DNA from: Candidatus Woesearchaeota archaeon
GTDB lineage: Archaea; Nanobdellota; Nanobdellia; Pacearchaeales; GW2011-AR1
Direction of reading: 5' to 3'
DNA: 64,000 nt
Assembly (NCBI GenBank): GCA_964509675.1
Contig: CAZDXC010000002.1
Location: 71,425-135,424 of the forward strand
A program made the position numbers and the translations under genes. Positions 39,740-49,171 of the stretch are shown piece by piece. A model generated the notes under the pieces. That model ran no database searches and was not told the DNA's origin. It saw nothing but the letters and a program-made list of their open reading frames with translations. Within the stretch, counting starts at the first letter, position 1. Each line of letters begins with the position of its first letter.

Positions 39740-41001
39740 TAAATTTTTTGAAGAAAAAATGCTATATAAGCATTTGCGTAGTCTGTACTTATTTCTTCCC
39801 AGTTCTCTCCTTCCGAGGGATATATTTTACTAAGTAATTCTTTTCCTTTATCTAACATTTTTTTATCTATTCCCGATTCATTTATCGCCCCAATTATGTA
39901 AATTAATGAAGAGAAGATAACAGAATCAGGAGTATATTTTATTGGGTGTTTGGATTTAAAATAGATGCTCATGTCTTTTAATCTTTTATTATATTTTTTA
40001 TTTAATAAAATAATTGCTGCCCATCTGGCTATTGGAATAGAAATAAAATGCAATCCTCTTATCGGAATCATTTTTTTGAGATAAGGATTATAAAATTTTT
40101 TACTCATATCTAATATGGAATAAGATAATTCATCTAAATTTTCTATATTTTTTTTTAGGAATTTGCTAAAAAAATATTTAGAGACTTCCAAAATATTCTT
40201 CCTTGCTATAAACCATTCTTTTTCTATGCTTTTTATAGGTTTATTCGGATTTAGTTTCCATTGTATGAATTGCTCTATTTTTTTATCTAAATTTGGGATT
40301 TTTTTATGAAGTTCTGGGAAATTCTTTTTATATGTTTTTTTTAATATTTCCATTGCCTTTTTATATCCAATTTCATATTTTTTGCTTAATAAGAGAAGGG
40401 AAGTGCAACAGGCAGCATATGCTTGTTGGATTATATAAGTTAGAAATTCTTTTTCATATTTTCCATTAATTGAATAATATTCAACCATTTGACTCATTCT
40501 GTCTAATAAAAGTTTGGCACCTTCTGATAATGGGATTTCTTTTAGAGAGTAATTTGGGATCAAATATCTCAAATCTTTTCCATATAAAATTTTTGATTTA
40601 TTTTTCAATTCATATGTCCTTATCCGCGGAAGCATTTTTTTGAGAGATTGTAGAGAATCCACTTTTAAATCAATGTAAAAATTATTTCTCATTTTTTGCT
40701 CTTCTTTTTTGAAGGGATAAAAATTAGTAATTCCCTTATATCCTAATTTTTCAGAAATTTCTATAGAAATTTTATCTATTTCTTTTTTTGTTAGAATAGT
40801 TCTACTAATAACCTGGATGTCATAATCATTGTATGGAAAAACTTTTTTTCCTTCTATTTTTACAGCCCCCTCTCCTTTTGAGTACCCTCCTGTTAGAATT
40901 ATTGTCTCAATATTTTTTATCCTGTTTAAAATTTCTTTGCAGATAATTTCCATATCTGATATTATCTTACTGTCTCCGATTTCAGAAGTTGTATATTTCA
41001 T
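39739..41001 (-). CDS. Pol-beta-superfamily nucleotidyltransferase-like protein with large helical C-terminus
   Basis: IILTGGYSKGEG...NDYDIQVI (hG[GS]..DxD) signature and a later D.KV strand. Confidence 0.65.
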   Translation of the reverse strand: MKYTTSEIGDSKIISDMEIICKEILNRIKNIETIILTGGYSKGEGAVKIEGKKVFPYNDYDIQVISRTILTKKEIDKISIEISEKLGYKGITNFYPFKKEEQKMRNNFYIDLKVDSLQSLKKMLPRIRTYELKNKSKILYGKDLRYLIPNYSLKEIPLSEGAKLLLDRMSQMVEYYSINGKYEKEFLTYIIQQAYAACCTSLLLLSKKYEIGYKKAMEILKKTYKKNFPELHKKIPNLDKKIEQFIQWKLNPNKPIKSIEKEWFIARKNILEVSKYFFSKFLKKNIENLDELSYSILDMSKKFYNPYLKKMIPIRGLHFISIPIARWAAIILLNKKYNKRLKDMSIYFKSKHPIKYTPDSVIFSSLIYIIGAINESGIDKKMLDKGKELLSKIYPSEGENWEEISTDYANAYIAFFLQKI

Positions 41002-41945
41002 TTTTCTTTCCTTGAAAATAAAAGCAATATTGCAAATACAGACGGAATTATATTGGAGATAAGAATACCAAGTATGGACATGGAAAATATCTTAACAGCC
41101 CCAATTCCGAACAATCCAAACAGACTTATCATAGTTAACTCCCTCGTTCCAAGCCCACTTATTGTTATTGGGATTTGAGCCACAAGCGTAGATATGGGAA
41201 GTATTGCTAAAAAATAAATAAAGTTTAAATTTACTCCAAGAGATAACCCAATAAAATAAAGAATGCAATAATTAATTGTCCAACTTATTACATTAAAAAT
41301 CAAAACACCAATTAGAAAAAAAGGAGAAGGCATATTTTCATAAAAAGAATAAAAAGTTATTTTTGCTTTCTCTTTCATCTTTTCGGGAATAAATCTTCTA
41401 TATATAAATCTTAAAAAAAATCTGCTTGAATTTTTTCTGTAAAAAACAAAAGAAAACAAGATTAAACTAAAAAATATTGCTATAAGAATATATAATATCT
41501 CTTTTGAAATTATTTCTATTTTGTTGTAAAAAATAAATCCAAAAGTTATTGCTAAAATAAATAATGAACTTAAATCCAAAATTTTGTCTATAACAAAATT
41601 GCTTAACCCTCGTCCAACCCCTCCGCTATATTTGCTTAAATAATCTGCTCTCATCGCACTTCCAATTTTAGCAGGGGTTACAAATCCATAAAAATCTGAT
41701 TTTAGATTTATTTTAAAGGCTTCACCGAATGGGACATCAATTTTTTGTTTTTTTGCTATAATAAACCACTTTGCTGTCTGAAAGATTAAGAAAATAAGAA
41801 CAAAAATTGCTGCAATAAAGAAATAATAAAGATTTATTTTAGTTATTTCTTGAAATATTTTTTTAATGTCTAATCTTATTAGAAGATAAATAAACAATCC
41901 AATACCTATAATCGGGAGGAATTTTCTGACCCTTTTCCATTCCAT
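40998..41945 (-). CDS. Lysylphosphatidylglycerol-synthase TM domain (UPF0104/AglD2-like flippase) protein
   Basis: KW, TPAKIGS..R, DKILD, PITISGLGTRE motifs. Confidence 0.88.
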   Translation of the reverse strand: MEWKRVRKFLPIIGIGLFIYLLIRLDIKKIFQEITKINLYYFFIAAIFVLIFLIFQTAKWFIIAKKQKIDVPFGEAFKINLKSDFYGFVTPAKIGSAMRADYLSKYSGGVGRGLSNFVIDKILDLSSLFILAITFGFIFYNKIEIISKEILYILIAIFFSLILFSFVFYRKNSSRFFLRFIYRRFIPEKMKEKAKITFYSFYENMPSPFFLIGVLIFNVISWTINYCILYFIGLSLGVNLNFIYFLAILPISTLVAQIPITISGLGTRELTMISLFGLFGIGAVKIFSMSILGILISNIIPSVFAILLLFSRKEK

Positions 41946-41984
41946 TAAAATTATTGCTTTTCTGCCAATAAAAACCTTTTGATA

Positions 41985-43493
41985 TTATTGTTTAGATAAA
42001 ATTTTCTTCGGTAAAAAATCTCTTAAATGCCCAAAAACAGCCTTTATCCCTCTTAAATTAAATTTGAGATCATTCAAATTTTGTATATTTTTTGTTCTTT
42101 GAATAATATAACTTGGGGTTAAAAATATTGTGTAGATTTTTCCGCAAATATTTGCAATTTCCTTGGCTCTTTCAGAATCAGAGTGAATTTGATCTTTTTC
42201 ATCAGAATTTTTAGTTTTCAAAACAGGTTCCTTCATATCATATCTTTCATATTCTTCAGGAGAAAATAAAAATTCATTTTTCTCTTTTGCTTCTTTCCAT
42301 AAAAGAGTTCCTGGATAAGGAACAAGGACTGTAGCCTGAAGAAGGTCTGCCTTGCCTTTTTGCATTAATTCTTTTGCTAAATTAAAGGTTCTCAGTGCAT
42401 CCTCTTTATTCTCCCAAGGATATCCCACAATCATTGTCAAATGAACAGTTAATCCTGCTTTTTTTGCCATTTCACATCCATTAAGTATATCTTCAACTTT
42501 TATTCCTTTATTCAGTTTGTCTAGTGTTTTCTGATTTGCACTTTCTAATCCAAATTTCAACAATCTAAATCCTGCTTTTTTCATCAAATTGAAATCTTCT
42601 TGTTTTAATGCTCCAAATCTCATGTTACAGGAATATTTTATTTTTTTATTATATCTCCTTTCTATCAGTCCATTGCATAATTCTGTAAGCCAGTTTCCTG
42701 TCATCAACGTTCCAGAATCATCAAAGATTTCTTTTGCATTATATTTGTCAATTAACATTCCTATTTCATCAAGAACATTTTCAACACTCCTGACTCTGAA
42801 TTTTGGAAAAAGGGTCGGCCATGCACAGAATTTGCATTTTCCCCACCAACAATCTCTCCCAGACATTATATAAAAAAATGGTTTCCCTTGTAAGTTATAC
42901 TCTTTTTCATACAATTTCCATTTTGTTAATTCTCTGTCAATAAAAGGAAGTTCATCCAAATTATGTTTCAGGTTAAATTTTCCAGAATTGATTATCTTAT
43001 TATTTTTTCGATAATATATTCCTTCAGGAATTCTTTTTTTATTTCCTGAAAGCCAATCACAAAGAGCAGAAAGACTAAAATCAAAATCTCCCCCTTGCAA
43101 GACAAAATCCACTCTGGAATTTTCAAGACTTTCCTTTGGAAGAAAAGTAACATGGTCCCCCATTATTACTATTTTCATTTCAGGGAATTTCTCTTTTAAT
43201 TTGTCAATAATTCTCCAATGTTGCTTTATTACAGGGGTTTTGGTTTCAAAAGCAAATAATTCTGGTTTTTCATTTTCAATTGTTTTTGTAAATTCTTCCC
43301 ATGAAATATTTTCTGCTATGCAATCCTTCCAAATTACTTCATTTCCATTTTTTTTTAAAAGAGTTGCCGCGCTTCCTAATACGACAGGAAATAAATAAGA
43401 AGGATTTGAAAACCATTGAAATTGCCTGTTTTGGCTTAACAATGCAACTCCTTTCTCTGATTTTAGCGGAGGATATCCTATAAGAATTTTCAT
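41985..43493 (-). CDS. Cobalamin-binding radical SAM protein (HpnJ-like)
   Basis: N-terminal SQNRQFQW...FPV.L..AA, GDHVT, cluster motif CWWGKCKFC (CX4CX2C), FGLESANQ, PYPGT. Confidence 0.88.
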   Translation of the reverse strand: MKILIGYPPLKSEKGVALLSQNRQFQWFSNPSYLFPVVLGSAATLLKKNGNEVIWKDCIAENISWEEFTKTIENEKPELFAFETKTPVIKQHWRIIDKLKEKFPEMKIVIMGDHVTFLPKESLENSRVDFVLQGGDFDFSLSALCDWLSGNKKRIPEGIYYRKNNKIINSGKFNLKHNLDELPFIDRELTKWKLYEKEYNLQGKPFFYIMSGRDCWWGKCKFCAWPTLFPKFRVRSVENVLDEIGMLIDKYNAKEIFDDSGTLMTGNWLTELCNGLIERRYNKKIKYSCNMRFGALKQEDFNLMKKAGFRLLKFGLESANQKTLDKLNKGIKVEDILNGCEMAKKAGLTVHLTMIVGYPWENKEDALRTFNLAKELMQKGKADLLQATVLVPYPGTLLWKEAKEKNEFLFSPEEYERYDMKEPVLKTKNSDEKDQIHSDSERAKEIANICGKIYTIFLTPSYIIQRTKNIQNLNDLKFNLRGIKAVFGHLRDFLPKKILSKQ

Positions 43494-43525
43494 ATCAATT
43501 CTTAAAAAAAGTCCTTTAAATAAAT

Positions 43526-44428
43526 TTATCTACCTTTTATATATCCAAAAATCATTCCTGCACCATAACTTATGTGAATTATTGGATAAATAAATGGAAG
43601 AACAAAGAATGCTATGAAATCTTTATTCTTTACAGAATCATAAAAAGAAAAAGAAATTGCAAGAAAAAAATATACAAGAAGGGGGATAAATATTGTTTTT
43701 TTCACATAAAAAATTATTGGCAGAATAATAAGACTTATCAAATAAATTACAAATAAACTTGGAATGAGAAAAAAGGGATTTTTTAATGTATCGCTTAAAT
43801 TTTCTTTTAAAGGACGTGCCTTCCCATAATTGAATATCTGTTTTATCAATCCTCCTACATTTTCTCTTCTTCTATGATATAAAACAATGTTTGGGGTGTA
43901 AGCTACCTTAAATCCCTGTTCTTTAACATCTGCAATAAATTTAGGGTCTTCCCCCGGAAACAGGCTTGGATCAAATTTAACTTTTTCTAAAACTGCTCTT
44001 TTGCATATTAAATTGGCAGAAGTAAGAGCTGTTTCATCAACATTTAAGGCTTCTTTTTTTGAACTATACCTATTTGAGAGTTTCCATGCGCCGAATTTAG
44101 AACCAAGAGCATATCCCGAGATTTTAGCAAAACCCTCTTCGTTTTTTGGAGTTAGCTGGGGGCCGCCGACAACATCAATGTTCGGGTGTTTTTCAAAAAA
44201 TTCCTTTACTTTCTTTAAATAATCGGTCTCTAAGATTGCATCATCATCTAAAAAAATAATAATATCCCCTTTTGCTTTTTCAAATCCCCTATTTCTGTTT
44301 TCAGAGGGGTTTTCACCTTTTTCAACAATAACTTCGTATTGTTTTTTTGGGAAATCCAAATTTTCTATGCTGCCCAATATCTCTGCATCTCTGTAAGGAG
44401 CAACAGGGATTACTAATGAGAATTTCAT
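43526..44428 (-). CDS. Glycosyltransferase family 2 with C-terminal TMs
   Basis: FSLVIP, SENRNRG, FLDDD, VGGP, GED, YGKAR. Confidence 0.92.
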   Translation of the reverse strand: MKFSLVIPVAPYRDAEILGSIENLDFPKKQYEVIVEKGENPSENRNRGFEKAKGDIIIFLDDDAILETDYLKKVKEFFEKHPNIDVVGGPQLTPKNEEGFAKISGYALGSKFGAWKLSNRYSSKKEALNVDETALTSANLICKRAVLEKVKFDPSLFPGEDPKFIADVKEQGFKVAYTPNIVLYHRRRENVGGLIKQIFNYGKARPLKENLSDTLKNPFFLIPSLFVIYLISLIILPIIFYVKKTIFIPLLVYFFLAISFSFYDSVKNKDFIAFFVLPFIYPIIHISYGAGMIFGYIKGR

Positions 44429-44464
44429 TAATTTAAAAATGAGAACTTTCTTATAAAGATTTCT

Positions 44465-45244
44465 TTAATCTATCTTTAATTTTTTTGGAAGTTTTCTATA
44501 AGCTCTTACTATGAACCTAAAAGGAGAATGGATGAGCCTTAATCTGACGGATGAAGCAAACATTCTTAGAGGAGTTTTTTTTAAATTGATTTTTGAGCCG
44601 ACTTTGTCATGCCAAACAGTTGGAATTGATTTTATTCTTGCATTGCTTTCTTTTCTTAAACAATATAATAGTGCTATATCAAAACCCCAATTACTCGTTA
44701 CTAATTTTTTAAGATTTTTTTCAATAATGTTTCTTTTGAATAGTTTTGCTCCGCATTGAGTATCTCTAAAGGGAAAAAAGAAAAGAGCTCTGACAATTAG
44801 GTTATATCCTCTGCTCATAAATCTTCTAAGAAAACTCTGCTTCGGAGATATTATGCTTTTTTTGTGCCATCTGTCTGCGATAATTCCGTCATAATTTTTA
44901 ATATTTTTAATTAAATCATAAAAAGATCCTGGAGAAGTAGACATATCCGCATCAACATAACCTATAAATTCATTTTTTCTTTTTAATGCATCCTTAAACC
45001 CCTCAATTATCGCAAAACCCTTTCCTCCCTGTTTAAAGTTTAGGTATTTTATTTCAGGATATTTTTTTGAAATTTCTCTTACAACTTCTTTTGTTTTGTC
45101 TGTTGTGTTGTTTATTACAACTATAATTTCAAAATCTGCTATTTCCTTTTTTTCTTTCTTTTCTGTAAAAAAATCCCCATAACCTTCCAAACTTTTTCCT
45201 ATCCTCTTTTCTTCATTATGAGCAGGAATTATTATTGAAATCAT
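44465..45244 (-). CDS. Polyprenol-phosphate hexosyltransferase (GT2, Alg5/DPM-like)
   Basis: ISIIIPAHNEEKRI, GKGFAI, DADMS, DTQCGAKLF, WGFD. Confidence 0.9.
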   Translation of the reverse strand: MISIIIPAHNEEKRIGKSLEGYGDFFTEKKEKKEIADFEIIVVINNTTDKTKEVVREISKKYPEIKYLNFKQGGKGFAIIEGFKDALKRKNEFIGYVDADMSTSPGSFYDLIKNIKNYDGIIADRWHKKSIISPKQSFLRRFMSRGYNLIVRALFFFPFRDTQCGAKLFKRNIIEKNLKKLVTSNWGFDIALLYCLRKESNARIKSIPTVWHDKVGSKINLKKTPLRMFASSVRLRLIHSPFRFIVRAYRKLPKKLKID

Positions 45245-45297
45245 TTATCTTAATCTTCTTGATAAGATTAAAAATTTAATTATATTATAATATCTAA

Positions 45298-46314
45298 TTA
45301 AGAGAACATCATAGAAGGAATTTTTAGAATATCTACCTTGAAAATAATAAAACCAATTATTATGATTAAAATCTGAAAGGCATTTATGAGATATACTACT
45401 TCTCTTTCATATGCTTTTTTGCTAGGTTTTATTTTTTTTAATATGCGGATTGCCAAATGTTCTAACCCATAAATTTTATTATAAGGAACTTCCAAACTTC
45501 CATCTTTATTCACTTTGGCAAAACTCTCTTTTTTTAGTCTTCCTTTTAACTTAAGAATTGTTTCAATTATATACGGAATAAAAAAGAAAATTGCAATTTT
45601 TTCAATATTTCCCAAAATTGCAATGATTGCAATAAGCCCCCCAAGGCTGTAAGTCAAAATGTCTCCAGGAAATACCTTTGCGGGATATTTATTGAATATA
45701 TAAAAAGCTGTTAAACATGCTACCATAACCAGTCCAATAATGCTCAACCACCTGTTTCCAATAATATAATTTACTAAAGAGAGGCTTATTAGAATTATTG
45801 CTCCTTGGCTTGCCTCCAATCCATTATATCCTGCTAAAAAATTAAAAGTTGCACTGGCTCCCACAACTCCAAAAACAATTAATATCACAGGATATATTAA
45901 CTCAAGATTTGTTCCTATTATTGTTTGCCCTGCATTTATAACTATTAGTGGAAGTGAGGCAAAGATTAAGAAAATAATTCTAAGAGGTTTGTTGAGTCCT
46001 ATTTTCCATCCAAGAATATCATCTGTAAAGCCAATAAAAGAAATTATTAATATCACACTTAAGAGGGAAAATATTTCCATAATATCATCATAAGATTTAA
46101 AATAAAATGTTTTTACAGCAATATAAGCCAATAGCCCGATAATAAATCCCATAATGACACATATTCCTCCGGCTTCGGCAATTTTTTCGCCACTAGTTTT
46201 ATTTATGTCTTTTCCCGTAAGTCCTACCTTTTTTGCTCTTTTTATCCAAAAGGGCAGGGAAAAAAAAGAAACCAAAAAACCTAAAAAAAGCGGAACTAAT
46301 AGTAAAATTTGCAT
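45298..46314 (-). CDS. aglH: UDP-GlcNAc:dolichol-phosphate GlcNAc-1-phosphotransferase (AglH/Alg7, MraY superfamily)
   Basis: GKDINK, EAGG, GFTDDI, NFLAGYNGLEA, FNKYPAKVFPGD; adjacent to aglB. Confidence 0.88.
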   Translation of the reverse strand: MQILLLVPLFLGFLVSFFSLPFWIKRAKKVGLTGKDINKTSGEKIAEAGGICVIMGFIIGLLAYIAVKTFYFKSYDDIMEIFSLLSVILIISFIGFTDDILGWKIGLNKPLRIIFLIFASLPLIVINAGQTIIGTNLELIYPVILIVFGVVGASATFNFLAGYNGLEASQGAIILISLSLVNYIIGNRWLSIIGLVMVACLTAFYIFNKYPAKVFPGDILTYSLGGLIAIIAILGNIEKIAIFFFIPYIIETILKLKGRLKKESFAKVNKDGSLEVPYNKIYGLEHLAIRILKKIKPSKKAYEREVVYLINAFQILIIIIGFIIFKVDILKIPSMMFS

Positions 46315-46315
46315 A

Positions 46316-49108
46316 TTAATACTCTCCAGGTATTACTTTCTGAAACTCTAATGGATATTCTGTGCTTAAATAGGTAGAATTTAATTCCATATTAAGAGGA
46401 TAATTTATCTGCCAAATCTTGACAGGCCCCTGGAATCCCTGATAATAAACAAAATCTCCAACATTAAGTCCTTGTTTTGTGAGATCATCAATTATTAAAT
46501 TTTGCTCTGTATGCACTAATTTGAAATAATCTGATTGTTCATTGAACAAATAAAGCTTTACTAATTCAGAATGAATTGTCTTTTCACTTAAATAAAATGC
46601 TGCCCCCTTTTTGTCAAGACTTAATTTGCCGTTTTGAGAATTATCTAATTTTGGATACACAAAGATTCCTGCATCTAATCCCTTTTTAAAATCATGCAAT
46701 TTGTTGTTAATGTAGACATATCTTAAAGGCATTTGGTATTGTTGTTGTTTATATACAAAGAAAACCATTGGCTGAAGTATCTCTTCATTTTTATTTTCCC
46801 TCAGTGCAACTGCAGCAACAATAGTTTTTTTTCTGGGCAATAAAATTTCTTTTCCATCTTGGTTTAGTATGATGTCCTTATCAGTTATGCTCCCAACAGG
46901 GTATATGTAACTTGTTTCATTATTTGTTTCCCTTGTTTGTGACGGGTCTAAAAGGGCAGTTGGAATCCATGAATAACGATCATAATTTCCATTGGAACCA
47001 ATACTAGAAAAAGCAGGATATTTTCCTATATCTGTTGAATCAATTAATAAATGTGTTCCATTATGAGCATAAAGAAAATCAAGTGCCATCTTTTCATCTT
47101 CTCCGGTAAGTACTAATCTTCCCATAAAATAATTCCAATAACCGATAGCATTTCCCCCATCCAAAATTGTGGCTCTTTCTCCAATACTTTGAACCCAGTA
47201 CCCGTAGTCCCACCAGTGCGCAAAAACTGCATTTGTAGGAGTATTGTCTCTCACCCATGCCATTGCTTTTTGCCATTGCCACTGGTACAAACCAGGGGCA
47301 AAATTTTCAGCCATGTTTTTATCACTTTGGTAATATGCCCAAACAGTGAAGATAGATGCAATTAGTATAATTAAGACAGCAATTCCGACAAAAATTTTGT
47401 TACTTTCTTCTTTTTCACGGAGATATTTTTGAGAACTCTTTGTAATTAAGAATGCAATTGCAATCGGACTTACTGCTCCCAAGACCATTATTAATCTTAT
47501 CGCCCCTCTTGCAGCAACAACCATCATTGTAAAAATGATAAAATAAAATATATATGAAAAATTAAATTCTTTGAAAATTGAAAATTTTTCTCCTCTGTGT
47601 CTTTTGAAGTAGATGTATCCAAAGGCAAAGATAAATGCGAGTGTTCCGCCAAAATAAACAAATAAACTCAAACCACTTTCCCCATTAAGAATGCTCCCCG
47701 AGGAATATTTACTGAAGATTAAACTCAATAAGAAAATTATATAACCCAATGTTAGAATTATCTTTTCTTTTTTAGCAAGGGGTTTTATCATATGATAAAA
47801 TAAATAAACTGAACCAATAAAAAATAACCAAAAATATAAGGGTATATTCAATACAACAGGGCCAAATTCTCCTACCCAGTCATTCATAAAGTATGGCTGT
47901 TTATTCTCTGCAACAGTTACTCCAAATCTGCTTGGAGTGAATGGTTCTACTGCATGAGATATAACATCTTTAGCCATTCCAGGAACGAAAGAAATTCCAA
48001 ATGCAATTGAAGATAGAATTATTAATAATCCTGAAGCAACAATGATGGAAATAATCTGTCTTGGAAGTTTTATTTTTTTTAATTTGTCATTTAGGTTAAA
48101 TATCCTCTTTTTGAATAATAAAAAATCAATAAACAAAATAAAAAATATCATAAAAGCTAATCCTGTAGAACTTGAAGTAGCTAAACTTTTAATTGTATAT
48201 CTTGTTGAAAAAGGCATCATAATTAGAATTGATGAAACGAGCCATAAAGAATAAAAAAAGAATCTTTTTTTATTAACTTTCCCAAGTAAAAAAGCAAATA
48301 AAACTGCTCCTGCAATCCCCAAAAAAGCAAAAGTCACTCCCCCCCAAACTAATCCTAATGCGCCCGTGAATATTCCTGCCAATACACTAAAAATTATTCC
48401 TCTTTTTAATTTTCCAGAGGTATAAGCTTCCAAGAAAAAATAAAATGCCATAAATAAGAAAAAGAAAGCTGCAGATTCTTTTTCTGGAATTCCTGCAATT
48501 GTTCTTGAAAGAAGTGAAGGAACCAAAATGAACAGGGCAGTTGCAATCAATGCAATTATGTTTGCTATTTTTTTATCTTCTTTATAGAATAATTTACGGG
48601 CAAATAAGAAAAATGCAATTCCTGTCAAAACTGCCATAACTACAGGAAAGATAATTGAGGCGTAGGTTACTGTAACATTTTTATCAAAAAAAGATAAAAA
48701 TTTGTAGAGAGAACTCATCATATATGGGAGCAATCTCATCTCTCCTGCAGTATTTACAGCATCACACGCATTCCCAGAACAAATCTGCGCCAATGGAACA
48801 TATCTCATTGTATCTAAAACAAATAATTTCCCATGTTCTACTATGTATTTCGCCCATCGCAGAAATAAAAATGGGTCTAAATCAGGTCCTAATGTCCATG
48901 TTCCTGTTGTGATGTCTTTCAATTTTGGAATATTTCTTGTTCTTATATAAACACTAACAGAAAGAATAATTGTCAGAATAACATAATAAATCCAATTTCC
49001 ACTTTTTTTAAAAAAATCAATTATTTTTTTCTTTCTTTTTTCTATTTCTTCTCCAGAAAAAACAGAATCTTTTTTTTCTGAACTTACTAATCCTATCTCT
49101 TCCACCAT
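46316..49108 (-). CDS. aglB: Oligosaccharyltransferase AglB (STT3 family)
   Basis: DLDP, EKE, TVAE, WWDYG motif and D.GK (DK motif). Probable start is ATG 49108. Confidence 0.96.
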   Translation of the reverse strand: MVEEIGLVSSEKKDSVFSGEEIEKRKKKIIDFFKKSGNWIYYVILTIILSVSVYIRTRNIPKLKDITTGTWTLGPDLDPFLFLRWAKYIVEHGKLFVLDTMRYVPLAQICSGNACDAVNTAGEMRLLPYMMSSLYKFLSFFDKNVTVTYASIIFPVVMAVLTGIAFFLFARKLFYKEDKKIANIIALIATALFILVPSLLSRTIAGIPEKESAAFFFLFMAFYFFLEAYTSGKLKRGIIFSVLAGIFTGALGLVWGGVTFAFLGIAGAVLFAFLLGKVNKKRFFFYSLWLVSSILIMMPFSTRYTIKSLATSSSTGLAFMIFFILFIDFLLFKKRIFNLNDKLKKIKLPRQIISIIVASGLLIILSSIAFGISFVPGMAKDVISHAVEPFTPSRFGVTVAENKQPYFMNDWVGEFGPVVLNIPLYFWLFFIGSVYLFYHMIKPLAKKEKIILTLGYIIFLLSLIFSKYSSGSILNGESGLSLFVYFGGTLAFIFAFGYIYFKRHRGEKFSIFKEFNFSYIFYFIIFTMMVVAARGAIRLIMVLGAVSPIAIAFLITKSSQKYLREKEESNKIFVGIAVLIILIASIFTVWAYYQSDKNMAENFAPGLYQWQWQKAMAWVRDNTPTNAVFAHWWDYGYWVQSIGERATILDGGNAIGYWNYFMGRLVLTGEDEKMALDFLYAHNGTHLLIDSTDIGKYPAFSSIGSNGNYDRYSWIPTALLDPSQTRETNNETSYIYPVGSITDKDIILNQDGKEILLPRKKTIVAAVALRENKNEEILQPMVFFVYKQQQYQMPLRYVYINNKLHDFKKGLDAGIFVYPKLDNSQNGKLSLDKKGAAFYLSEKTIHSELVKLYLFNEQSDYFKLVHTEQNLIIDDLTKQGLNVGDFVYYQGFQGPVKIWQINYPLNMELNSTYLSTEYPLEFQKVIPGEY

Positions 49109-49171
49109 AAAAAACTCCAAAATTTATCACTACTTATTATGAATTTGGAACTAAAAAACCTATTTAAACTT

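Noticed and set aside
49109..49171. Imperfect inverted repeat (TCCAAAATTTAT...ATGAATTTGGA) upstream of aglB
   Set aside because: AT-rich and imperfect, and it spans the likely TSS, so it is too weak to call a regulatory hairpin.
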